64,000 nucleotides of DNA from an uncultured Gammaproteobacteria bacterium. GTDB taxonomy: Bacteria > Patescibacteriota > Microgenomatia > CAZETR01 > Amesbacteraceae. Positions 28,577-37,783 of the stretch are shown here, one piece after another. The notes beneath the pieces were generated by a model. That model saw only the letters and a list, made by a program, of their open reading frames with translations, was not told the origin of the DNA and made no database searches. The stretch spans positions 113,119 through 177,118 of the forward strand of contig CAZWKN010000002.1 of the NCBI GenBank assembly GCA_964633995.1. Reading direction: 5' to 3'. The position numbers and the translations under genes are program-made. Position 1 is the first letter of the stretch; each line of letters opens with the position of its first letter.

Positions 28577-30120
28577 ATGAGAACTATAAATAACCCAAAT
28601 AAACTTAGTAAATTGCCAATATGTCTTACGTCAGTGTCCTTAAATGATAGCTTAACAATGTGAACCCCGCTGGGAACTTTTAGTGAGACTAGCCCAGAAG
28701 CAGATGGCGTGATCGGGGTAGGTTTTGAATCTAGTTGAGCCGTCCAGCCGGGGAAGTAAACGACTGGCAATAACACCCGGGTTGATTCGTTGGGTACACT
28801 GACAGTAAAACTGTTGACCGAATTGCCTCGGTTGGCTACTAAAACAAACGGTGACAAAGCGGGAGCGAACTGAGTTGGAGGGTTACCAGCGATTTTTGGC
28901 CAATAATCTTTGTGGGCTGTCCTGCTTTCGTCCCAAAACCTACCTGAAAAGAATTGGTTGTCTGATAGATTAAGCCAAATGTCAGGACGAAAAAAAGAAA
29001 AATTGGTAATGATTATCAAAAGTAATAAACCGGTGATCAAGTAACGATTGGCCAACTTACTTGCCAAAGCTCCACCAGCCATAGAGATAAAAAAGATGCC
29101 TACGCCCACATACCTCCAGGGGAATTGGATGAATTTTAAAAAAGGTAACAAATTCCAAATAAAAGCTGATTTTCCATGGGCCATAAAGAGGGCCAATAGA
29201 CCTAGGAAAACAAACCCTACCGCTTTCTTGTTTCGGGTAACAATAACGGCCAGAAGTGCAACCGCCCATTGAATTTGGCCTAATGAGATACTAAGGAATT
29301 TTTTAGCCCATAGCGAGGCCCCGTAACCCCAGTATCTGGAAATAAACAATTCCTTAAGCGTGGCGAAATGAATATGATAGTCGTAATAACCCTGGGTTGT
29401 CCTGGCTAAATCAACCAGATGGCTCTCAAATATCACCGGAAAAATATAGTAGGAAGAGAGGATCACGGATACAATACCAGCAAGCATAAGTTTAAAAAAA
29501 GACCAAAATTTGTGCTGGAATACCCAATAAATTGCCAAAAAGGGTAGGAACATGATTACAGATAGATTGTGAGTGGTGATAAGTCCGGCCAGACAAAGAC
29601 TGAAGGCAATTAAGTATTTTGAATTTTTGGTCTCTAAAAATTTGTCCAAGGCTAAAAGAATCAGAGGAAAAAAAACAAAGGCGAGCGACTCAGGCAACGC
29701 AGCCCGAACCCAGACATCGGTTGACCTATATGGTGCATAGGTATAAAGCAATGCTGATACAAGTCCGCCCCAACTCCCCCAGTGGTGTTTGCCAAATAAA
29801 TACATGGCGACTCCGGAAGCTAGTAGTGAAAAGGCGAATGCAGCTTTCGTTGAATCCAAGATCGACAAACCCAACAAATGAAACATTTCTCCTAGCCAAA
29901 AACCGGTTTGGGGATAATAGTTGAAAAGGGGTTCGCCATAACCCATTTCTGCGTCTGAGGTCCAACGGCAGGGAAATTGACGTTCTTGGACACATTTATC
30001 AAACTCGAATAACCTAAAATGGGGGAAATCCTGCATGGTGTAGATACCTGACCTAAACATGAGCGAGCAGGTGGGAAGCGCGAGAAGTAAGAAGATTAGG
30101 ACCCACTTGAACCGTGCCAT
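28552..30120 (-). CDS. Polytopic membrane protein of a 'PTPS-related/YfhO-like' GT-C-type family with C-terminal beta-rich domain; paralog A of 3
   Basis: N-terminal GIYTMQDFPHF...FDKCVQERQFPCRWTSDAEMGYGEPLFNYYPQ, shared with 50642..52309 and 57570..59204. The family name is from memory of PF10131-like proteins and is not verified. Confidence 0.45.
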   Translation of the reverse strand: MARFKWVLIFLLLALPTCSLMFRSGIYTMQDFPHFRLFEFDKCVQERQFPCRWTSDAEMGYGEPLFNYYPQTGFWLGEMFHLLGLSILDSTKAAFAFSLLASGVAMYLFGKHHWGSWGGLVSALLYTYAPYRSTDVWVRAALPESLAFVFFPLILLALDKFLETKNSKYLIAFSLCLAGLITTHNLSVIMFLPFLAIYWVFQHKFWSFFKLMLAGIVSVILSSYYIFPVIFESHLVDLARTTQGYYDYHIHFATLKELFISRYWGYGASLWAKKFLSISLGQIQWAVALLAVIVTRNKKAVGFVFLGLLALFMAHGKSAFIWNLLPFLKFIQFPWRYVGVGIFFISMAGGALASKLANRYLITGLLLLIIITNFSFFRPDIWLNLSDNQFFSGRFWDESRTAHKDYWPKIAGNPPTQFAPALSPFVLVANRGNSVNSFTVSVPNESTRVLLPVVYFPGWTAQLDSKPTPITPSASGLVSLKVPSGVHIVKLSFKDTDVRHIGNLLSLFGLFIVLIWTAFALF

Positions 30121-30137
30121 AGCTCTATTATAGCTGG

Positions 30138-31751
30138 TTATGGCAGTTTGGGGAGTTTCTCAGCAACTGTTATTGTGGGTTCGCCGTTGGGAAGGTCGAT
30201 GTGAAAATAGTTTGGGAAATTCGGCGGAAACTCATCTGATTTACCCACAAACAAAGTGGGTACACGTACCTCCTCTTTGGGATGAATACTTCCAAACCTG
30301 TATTTGCCCAGGCGATAGCCGTCTAACTGATCTAGAAATTTAAGATTTTTGGCCTCAAAAACTAGCCAGGTGTTTGATGCAGCCTGATAGTCCTTGGGGG
30401 GGATTTTTTGAAAAAATGCCAAATAGATGTGTGGTTCTGACAAACCGGTACTAATTTGAACTTCTGAAAACCTGTCGGCAATATCAATAAATCTAGTAAA
30501 CGCCTGGTTTCGACCAAATAGCATGGATTGGCCTATTCTGTAAGAAGAAGTGTAAAAATACTCCTGTAAAAAAAACACGCAGGAGATGAAATAAAGAAGA
30601 CTAATAACTGGTAGATACTTTTTCTTTATAAGTGATATGCCACTGGCGGCGGCGATTGTCAAAAACGGAATCATGGACGCAGCTCTATTTGCTGCGTATC
30701 CCGGGCCTTTGGCAAGAGCAGCTGGTAAGGGGGCGACCAACAACATGGTCAGTATCAGGATGTTTGACGAATTTGGCTTTTTGATAGTAGAGATGCAGAA
30801 AAAAAGTAGAAATGGTAATTCAATTAAGTAAAGTAATCCTGTCCCAGGGAGCAATCCATATGTGCCTTCTGCGGGACCAGTTGTAAACAAAAATTGTGGA
30901 GAAAAATAAGTAAGATAGTTTTGAGTAAAAAGGCGAAAGACGTAGACTGCTTTATTGGAAAAAAATCTGGATACCGCATCGGGTAAACCTGCGTTTCTTG
31001 ACATAAATCTCATATCGCTGACGTATTGCCATTTGTCAGTAGGACTTAGTATTGAAACATCGGACACCCTGTGGACGCCTGCACCAAAATATGAGAGTAC
31101 GGCAGGAAGTGAGAGTACAGCTAAAACAATGATGAATTTAGTAAACCCAAGAAATGGTTTTTTTATATGAGCAAACGCTAAAAAGAGCAGTAGTATCGGA
31201 GTGATTAATCTAGCCGAATGATACGAATAAAGATTGATGGCAAAGACGACCCCTGACCAAATAAAAGAATTTATCAAAAATAAATAAATCCCAAGAGGAA
31301 GAAAAAAGGTGACAAGATTGGCCTCAAATGCCCCCCGCGATAGACCTATTGACCAGGGAGAAATGGCTGTTAATGCCGCAGTTATCAGGGCGGTGTTGTC
31401 GGACGTCAGTTTTTTTGACAATAAATAGACCGAGACTATGGCCAGTGTCCCAATTAGAGCATTTGGCAAACGTGTGGCAAATTCGTTTAAGCCGAACAAT
31501 TTTATTGACGGTAGACTTAGAAAGACATATAGCGGCATTTTGTAATCACCAAACGATCTTAAATTTTTATAGGGCAACCTATACCAAGGTGTCCCCCATT
31601 CGTCCATTCCTGTTTGTAAAATAGAATAAGCGTTGTAGCCAAAGGCGGCTTCATCAGGTGTAAACCCTGGTGGATTAGTTGATAGTTTGTAAACACGGAG
31701 AAATAGCCCAATGGCTACTACAAAACTAAGTATTAAAACATGACGATTCAT
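30138..31751 (-). CDS. GT-C fold membrane glycosyltransferase, PMT/ArnT-like; paralog 4 of 6
   Basis: NPPGFTPDEAAFGYNAYSILQTGMDEWGTPW...SFGDYKMPLYVF...RLPNALIGTL. Confidence 0.7.
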   Translation of the reverse strand: MNRHVLILSFVVAIGLFLRVYKLSTNPPGFTPDEAAFGYNAYSILQTGMDEWGTPWYRLPYKNLRSFGDYKMPLYVFLSLPSIKLFGLNEFATRLPNALIGTLAIVSVYLLSKKLTSDNTALITAALTAISPWSIGLSRGAFEANLVTFFLPLGIYLFLINSFIWSGVVFAINLYSYHSARLITPILLLFLAFAHIKKPFLGFTKFIIVLAVLSLPAVLSYFGAGVHRVSDVSILSPTDKWQYVSDMRFMSRNAGLPDAVSRFFSNKAVYVFRLFTQNYLTYFSPQFLFTTGPAEGTYGLLPGTGLLYLIELPFLLFFCISTIKKPNSSNILILTMLLVAPLPAALAKGPGYAANRAASMIPFLTIAAASGISLIKKKYLPVISLLYFISCVFFLQEYFYTSSYRIGQSMLFGRNQAFTRFIDIADRFSEVQISTGLSEPHIYLAFFQKIPPKDYQAASNTWLVFEAKNLKFLDQLDGYRLGKYRFGSIHPKEEVRVPTLFVGKSDEFPPNFPNYFHIDLPNGEPTITVAEKLPKLP

Positions 31752-32182
31752 AGTCTATACAAGCTGGTAAAAGCCAGTGAATTCAAATCATCAACATACA
31801 CCTCCAAGTGGGAGGGATCAGATGGGGATATGGTTATGGTTAGTTTGTCTGTGGAATTTATTGGAGGAAATTGAAAACGAAGATTGGATGGATCTCCAGT
31901 ATTCCGACCCGAAAAAGTGGAAGTGAATAAACGAGTATTGGTTGAATCGGTTATCTCAAACATAAATTGATCAGTATTTTGCAATCCAGGATTTTTGAAG
32001 CTTAAAACAACAATGTTTGTTCCCGAGTGCCTTGGCGAAAACGTCGACGAAATTGGACCTATTATTTGGGTAAAGTGAGTTCCTGGCTTTGAATAATCGA
32101 GCCTGTTTTTGACAAAAAACCTAGGGATGAGAGAAGAGACGCCCAAAAAGATAATTGGAAGCAAGAATAGACTATACTTCAT
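31748..32182 (-). CDS. Small signal-peptide/anchored protein (144 aa), Ser/Thr-rich, predicted beta-rich; unknown
   Basis: MKYSLFLLPIIFLGVSSL then a hydrophilic S/T/N-rich domain. 4-nt overlap with the upstream GT-C gene implies co-translation with the glycosyltransferases. Confidence 0.45.
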   Translation of the reverse strand: MKYSLFLLPIIFLGVSSLIPRFFVKNRLDYSKPGTHFTQIIGPISSTFSPRHSGTNIVVLSFKNPGLQNTDQFMFEITDSTNTRLFTSTFSGRNTGDPSNLRFQFPPINSTDKLTITISPSDPSHLEVYVDDLNSLAFTSLYRL

Positions 32183-33320
32183 ATTCAGCCTTTCGGTCTA
32201 AAACCATCCACAAAGACGCGGCAGCAAGTATGGTGTTTGAACAATTGAGTAATAACGTCAAAATGTGTTTATCGATTAGGCTGGAAATCGGCGGGAGTAA
32301 CAATAATCCCGGATCAAACGGGGAAAAAATACCCCAGGTTAGAAACGGGTCCGAAGATAATATAAGCGACCCAAACCATCCCAACAAAAACAAAGCCCCG
32401 GGAAGCCAATTACGAGTATTGACCAAGTACAAGCTGATAAAGGGCACGGCCCACAAAGCCCATTGGGGGTTAAATCTAATGCCTAGCAAGACAAGTAAAA
32501 TTATCGGGAGGTAAAACGTTGCTGGTTTTTGAGTTGATTTAAAGGCGTATAGCCAAACCATAATAAGGGCTCCTGGAATTAGTAGGATGGCTTGATCAAA
32601 TCCAATCGAGAGTGATAATTGAAACAGCCTTTGGCTAAGCCCCGATAGAAGAGTATCCTGAAAAAATGCTGGTGTGGTTACAAAAGGGAGCAAGGTGACG
32701 AGATATGTACCTACACCCAATATAAATAATTTTGGTTTTTTTAACCAAAGGGGCAATAGTAAAAGCGGATAAGCCTTAAATGAACCCCCTAACCCCAATA
32801 AAATTACTGCCCAAACAGGAGAAACCACTAAACTGGCAACAGTCAGCAGAACCGGAAGAATATCAATTTGACCCATTAAAACGGTAACATAAATGCTAAT
32901 TGGATTAAAAAACCAAAGCGCCAATAAGAGAATTTTATTTTTGGGGCGGACTGCCTTTGAGACCAGAAGTCCGGTGAGTATGTGTAACAAGATCAGAGGT
33001 AATTTGGTTAGAAACAGAAAGGTGTGGATACCAGAGACGTCGACGGCGGTATTACCCATCGCAAGCCATGACCTGAAACCCAATCCCGCAAATAAGTTTA
33101 CGATAGGAAATAACAGACCAAAAATAAGATAGGTAAGCGGTGGATATACAAATGGCCCGGAGCTGCTAGGATGTAGGGCTGTGTAACTGTAGATATTGAA
33201 GACCCCCGATGAAAGATGTTTGGATAGTGAATAAATTATCTTTAAGTCGGGGTGGAAGTAAAACGGGGCCAGAAGTAAATATGTAAACGCAGCTAATAAA
33301 AATATGTGTTTAACCTTCAT
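32172..33320 (-). CDS. Polytopic membrane protein, GT-C-like (DUF2029/GT87-like)
   Basis: WFFNPISIYVTVLMGQIDILPVLL motif shared with 33310, 40325 and 49368 paralogs. Confidence 0.5.
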   Translation of the reverse strand: MKVKHIFLLAAFTYLLLAPFYFHPDLKIIYSLSKHLSSGVFNIYSYTALHPSSSGPFVYPPLTYLIFGLLFPIVNLFAGLGFRSWLAMGNTAVDVSGIHTFLFLTKLPLILLHILTGLLVSKAVRPKNKILLLALWFFNPISIYVTVLMGQIDILPVLLTVASLVVSPVWAVILLGLGGSFKAYPLLLLPLWLKKPKLFILGVGTYLVTLLPFVTTPAFFQDTLLSGLSQRLFQLSLSIGFDQAILLIPGALIMVWLYAFKSTQKPATFYLPIILLVLLGIRFNPQWALWAVPFISLYLVNTRNWLPGALFLLGWFGSLILSSDPFLTWGIFSPFDPGLLLLPPISSLIDKHILTLLLNCSNTILAAASLWMVLDRKAEYEV

Positions 33321-34497
33321 GGTGATAACTATAGTGTAGTAAATTGAAAAAGAAAATCAAAATTATGCCAAGTGTTGAAAGATTGACAAGCCAGGTAGTT
33401 TCCAAAATTGCTCTAAGCATAGGAATAAAGGGTTCCCACCAGTTGTGGTACATATTTGCAAAATTAAAGAGTGAGACAAGCACGATACTGAATAGTTGAG
33501 ATTTGTTCTTGGTAGAGGTGATCGCCAAAAAAGGAATAGCAGCCCCAAGATATCTCTCGTGCATTCTGGTTAAGAATAGAAACGCGGCATAGGTTGTTAG
33601 CCCAAAAGCCCAATAGATATTGGTTTTGGAAATTTTTTTTATAATAAATATTAGACATACTGCAAATAGTAGATAACCTGCTAGTCTATAATTGGTATCG
33701 TGTATTTTCCCCAAGCCAGTTAATAAAGACCAGAAGTTAAATGCGTGATCAGTTACATAATCAGATCCTGATCCGGTTTGAATCTTGTTTACATAAGTTG
33801 AAAAGGTAAAGGAAAACGGCAAAGAGATGATAAAAAATGTGGTCAAAAAAACTACAAATGACTGAATGATTGTTTTAGGTTTGTGAGACCTTAGGAAAAA
33901 TAGAGCATAAAGAGGAATGAAAATTATGGTGGACTGCTTAGTGAGTAACGCCAGAGTAAAAAAACTTACAGAAACAAACGGCTTTTTTATCAGATGGAGG
34001 CTGAGAAGTGTAAACAAGACGGGGATTGACTCAATCTGTCCCCAATAGGAGCTGTTGTAAACCAAAGCCGGATTAAGACAAATCAACATCATGGAAAGCC
34101 AATAATTTTTGGTAATTTTGTAAATAAGCACAGCCAATCCCACGTCTGCCAAAATAGCCCAAAACTTAAAAAATCCAGGGTGAGTTGCTGGACGTTCTAG
34201 AAACCAGACCAAGCGAGATGGATAGAGCTGAAACGAAGAATTGAGATGGGTTGAGAGGCCGATGGTCGATCTGTACAGATATTCCGAACCGGTAAATAAA
34301 GCCAAAGCTATCGGAGGATAGGTCGGGGTCATGGTGTGATACTTGTAAACAAACTCCCGAGAGTACACACCCACTGGACCGTTGGTTAGGATATCTATAC
34401 CCCAGGAAATGTGGTTATTCACATCGCCACTGAAACCTGAAAATATAAACAAACACCGGACGATAAAAGCAATTATGATGAGAGAAAAATATTTCAC
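33310..34497 (-). CDS. Polytopic membrane protein, GT-C-like (DUF2029/GT87-like); tandem paralog
   Basis: LNPALVYNSSYWGQIESIPVLFTL... Confidence 0.5.
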   Translation of the reverse strand: MKYFSLIIIAFIVRCLFIFSGFSGDVNNHISWGIDILTNGPVGVYSREFVYKYHTMTPTYPPIALALFTGSEYLYRSTIGLSTHLNSSFQLYPSRLVWFLERPATHPGFFKFWAILADVGLAVLIYKITKNYWLSMMLICLNPALVYNSSYWGQIESIPVLFTLLSLHLIKKPFVSVSFFTLALLTKQSTIIFIPLYALFFLRSHKPKTIIQSFVVFLTTFFIISLPFSFTFSTYVNKIQTGSGSDYVTDHAFNFWSLLTGLGKIHDTNYRLAGYLLFAVCLIFIIKKISKTNIYWAFGLTTYAAFLFLTRMHERYLGAAIPFLAITSTKNKSQLFSIVLVSLFNFANMYHNWWEPFIPMLRAILETTWLVNLSTLGIILIFFFNLLHYSYHHEG

Positions 34498-36098
34498 TGG
34501 CTCTTGGTAACAAGATAAAAAATTGGTTGGTTGTAGGGGTTAGTCGAGGTGGAAAGAACTTTTACTCCTGCCGGAGGACTAGTGCGCCAATCCCAATCTC
34601 CGGCAACATCGTCTCTTTGACTAATTAAGTAAACTGCGTTGGGAAAAAGCCTAGATCCAAATTGAACATTTTTGGAGTCGTCGGAAAAATTGCCAAAAAA
34701 GTATTTTCCATCGAGCGAAAAGCCATTGTAGCCCGGTAGAATTTCGTTTTCCGGTTGATCCTTTTTGAAAATCGCCTGAAACCTTAAGGGTGAATAGCGC
34801 GTATAAAATAAAAATCTTATTAGAGAAGGCTCGTAACTATTGTTAATGATTACCCTAGAATAATCTGGCGATAATTTGGCAATATCTATCATTGCTTGTT
34901 TAAAGCCTACATGCCACCATCTCCAAGAAGTTTGCGGATAATGAACAAGGTAATAGTGTGCTCCCGACAAAAAGTTGATACTCAAAAGAACAAGTGTGGA
35001 GAGGAATAGTAACTTGGTTTTTTTTAGATAAAGTAACCCAGAGCCCAAAATGACTGCCAACGGAATGGTCATTAAAAATGATCTGGTTGCATGCCAACTA
35101 CCGTCAATTGTTAAAGCGGCGGGAATAGGGGCTAGCAACAACCAAAATATCCACATAAATTCACGTTTTTTGAACAGGTATATCAATCCTAAAAGTAGTA
35201 GGGGTGAGGTCAGGGGTAATAATTCACCAAAATATTGCATATTGTGGCGAACTGTTGGGTCGCCCCTAACAAAAAGAAATTCGGTAGAAAAACTACGTAA
35301 ATAATTCGTTAAAAACCGCAGAGAAATAGTTTCAACTTTGTTGTGAAACAGGCGCTCAAGTAGGGAGTTGTCGCCATTTCGAAGCGAAAGCACTGTGTCA
35401 GTCAATTCACGACTTTGTAGAATGCTGAGTGTTTGAAATCTCTCGGTCGCTTTGCCAAAGACAATACTAGTCAAAAAGGGGGCTGTTAAAATTAACAATA
35501 ACGCAATCGAAACAAATTGAGGACGAACTTTTTTGTAAAGATGAAGACCTAGAATTAGTAGTGGGGTGAATACTGTGGCAGTGCTATAGGTATAAAAGGT
35601 AAGGGCGAACAGAACGGTCGAAAGGAGAAATTTTCGCCGAATGAACATTACAACTGCGGCCAGAGTGAGATAGGCTAGGATTACAACCTCAAACGCGGCG
35701 CGTGAATAGTGAATATGCCATGGCATAAATGCAATAAACGCTGCGGAATATAACGCAAGGGATTTAGACCTTGATACGAGGTAGACTAGACCAAACAACA
35801 ACACAGGGGTAAGCGAACCAAACACAACCTCTGGTAACCTGACTCCCCATTCCGTGTTACCAAATATTAAAATAGACGGCACGGTGGCATAAATAAGCAA
35901 AGGAGCTCGCCATTCCGCCAAGGAATGGATATAGACCGGAAGTGGTTGCCCGTAAAAATCTTTTCCAGTCTTAAGTAATGAGTATGCCTGGTATCCTACA
36001 TCTATCTCGTCGCCAAAAAGTTCCGGAGGCGAATGGGTGAGCATTCCACCCCTTAAAATACTCGAAATAATCAGGATTACTGACAACAATAAGGGCAT
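34494..36098 (-). CDS. GT-C fold membrane glycosyltransferase, PMT/ArnT-like; paralog 5 of 6
   Basis: HSPPELFGDEIDVGYQAYSLLKTGKDFYGQPLPV...RLPEVVFGSL. Confidence 0.7.
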   Translation of the reverse strand: MPLLLSVILIISSILRGGMLTHSPPELFGDEIDVGYQAYSLLKTGKDFYGQPLPVYIHSLAEWRAPLLIYATVPSILIFGNTEWGVRLPEVVFGSLTPVLLFGLVYLVSRSKSLALYSAAFIAFMPWHIHYSRAAFEVVILAYLTLAAVVMFIRRKFLLSTVLFALTFYTYSTATVFTPLLILGLHLYKKVRPQFVSIALLLILTAPFLTSIVFGKATERFQTLSILQSRELTDTVLSLRNGDNSLLERLFHNKVETISLRFLTNYLRSFSTEFLFVRGDPTVRHNMQYFGELLPLTSPLLLLGLIYLFKKREFMWIFWLLLAPIPAALTIDGSWHATRSFLMTIPLAVILGSGLLYLKKTKLLFLSTLVLLSINFLSGAHYYLVHYPQTSWRWWHVGFKQAMIDIAKLSPDYSRVIINNSYEPSLIRFLFYTRYSPLRFQAIFKKDQPENEILPGYNGFSLDGKYFFGNFSDDSKNVQFGSRLFPNAVYLISQRDDVAGDWDWRTSPPAGVKVLSTSTNPYNQPIFYLVTKSQ

Positions 36099-36117
36099 TT
36101 CTGATATTATACATTTA

Positions 36118-36993
36118 ATGTTGTCGGTAATAATAATCTCTTACAATACCAAGGATGTTACGTTGGAGTGTTTGAGCAGGCTAAATAAATCTAAAGGGGT
36201 CAAGTATGAAACTATTGTGGTAGACAACGCCTCTACCGATGGGTCTGCTCAAGCTATTCTGAAGACTTTTCCGGATGTTAAATTAGTTGAAAGTAAAGTA
36301 AATTTGGGATTTGCTGGCGGAAATAATTTGGGAATGAAAATGGCCAAAGGGGAAAAGTTGATACTACTGAATTCAGATTGTTTCGTAAACCCGGACACTT
36401 TAGCCAATTTACCTGACTTAGACGTGGTCGGGTGCAAACTACTAAATAAGGATGGTTCGGTTCAACAATCTTGGGGCTATTTTCCAACGCTTAGAAGGAT
36501 TACCCAAATGATGTTTTTTGTCGATAATTTTCCTATTATCCGCAAGTTCATCGATTCGATTCACGTAAGAGATGTGTCCAGGTACCAGACGCAACATGAG
36601 GTCGACTGGGTTACAGGGGCGTTTGTAATGGTAAGAAGGATTATCTTTGAAACGGTGGGGGGTATTGATGAAAAGTATTTTATGTATGGAGAAGAAATGG
36701 AGTGGATGTATAGAATAAAAAAAGCTGGTTTTAAGATTTGGTATTCTCCGGAACCCCTGGCTACACACTTGTTAGGCGCTAGTTCGTCAAACCGAGCACC
36801 TGCTGTCGTTGGGGAAATTAAGGGATGGATGTATTGGTTTGCAAAACACAACCCGGTTTGGCAACAGAAACTCCTGCCTTTGGTAATTTTGATTGGATGT
36901 TTGCTTAGAGTTGTGCTTAAGCCAGCTATGTCGAAGTATTATTTGCAAACAATTTCCGAAATTTTTGCCCCGTCCAGGAAACGAGTGCCATAA
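36118..36993 (+). CDS. GT2 family glycosyltransferase
   Basis: MLSVIIISYNTKDVT...TIVVDNASTDGS...LILLNSDCFV. The track ORF starts at 36037; the internal start at 36118 avoids overlap with 34494..36098. Confidence 0.8.
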   Translation: MLSVIIISYNTKDVTLECLSRLNKSKGVKYETIVVDNASTDGSAQAILKTFPDVKLVESKVNLGFAGGNNLGMKMAKGEKLILLNSDCFVNPDTLANLPDLDVVGCKLLNKDGSVQQSWGYFPTLRRITQMMFFVDNFPIIRKFIDSIHVRDVSRYQTQHEVDWVTGAFVMVRRIIFETVGGIDEKYFMYGEEMEWMYRIKKAGFKIWYSPEPLATHLLGASSSNRAPAVVGEIKGWMYWFAKHNPVWQQKLLPLVILIGCLLRVVLKPAMSKYYLQTISEIFAPSRKRVP

Positions 36994-37783
36994 CGACCGA
37001 TTTTCCCCAGCCGTTATACCAAATTCCGGCTTCAGTACGATATCTTTCGGATGATGATGAGGTGTTGGGAATATTCAACATTTTTCTAATTGGATATATT
37101 AATGTTTCGATTAGATTTCGATATTTTTGGTTTTGGATTTGTTTCGAACTTTGGCCGTGTTCATGGACGATAGTTACATCACTATCAAAATATACTTTCA
37201 AGCCAGCTGCGCGGATTCGCCGGCAATAGTCCAAATCTTCGTAGTACATAAACACTTTTTCGGTAAATAAACCAATCTTGGTTAATGTGGACTTTGGAAA
37301 AAACATACATGCTCCTGAAACCGCATTTACCTCAGACGTAAGATTTGGTGTATATTTCGGAGTGTTTGTCAAAATTCTAGGTTCCAAAAAAACCGAACCC
37401 TGGGGATTTCCGTTTGGATCGACAAATTTGGGTCCCATGACACCCATGTCCAAATGGCGCCGGGTAAATTCTAAGGCTTTTGAAAAAAAATCTTTAGGAA
37501 TTTGCGTGTCGGGGTTGAGAAGCAAAATATAATCACCCGTCGCCTTCTTCAGACCTTGGTTTACGGCTCGAGGGAAACCTAAATTTTTGCTATTTGCAAC
37601 GATCGGTGCGATTTGCAAATCCTTGGCGACCTGGACTGAGTTGTCTGATGAGGCGTTATCGATGACTATAGTTTCAAGATTTGGATATTTGGTGGCAAGA
37701 ATTGATTGTAAACAACGCTTGAGAGAGTTTGCCACGTTCCAGCTGACAATAATTACACTAATTTTAGAAATTGATTTTTTCAC
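36926..37783 (-). CDS. GT2 family glycosyltransferase (GTG start)
   Basis: VKKSISKISVIIVSWNVANSL...TIVIDNASSDNS...ILLLNPDTQI. Its 3' end overlaps the convergent GT2 36118..36993 by 68 nt. Confidence 0.8.
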   Translation of the reverse strand: MKKSISKISVIIVSWNVANSLKRCLQSILATKYPNLETIVIDNASSDNSVQVAKDLQIAPIVANSKNLGFPRAVNQGLKKATGDYILLLNPDTQIPKDFFSKALEFTRRHLDMGVMGPKFVDPNGNPQGSVFLEPRILTNTPKYTPNLTSEVNAVSGACMFFPKSTLTKIGLFTEKVFMYYEDLDYCRRIRAAGLKVYFDSDVTIVHEHGQSSKQIQNQKYRNLIETLIYPIRKMLNIPNTSSSSERYRTEAGIWYNGWGKSVVMALVSWTGQKFRKLFANNTST

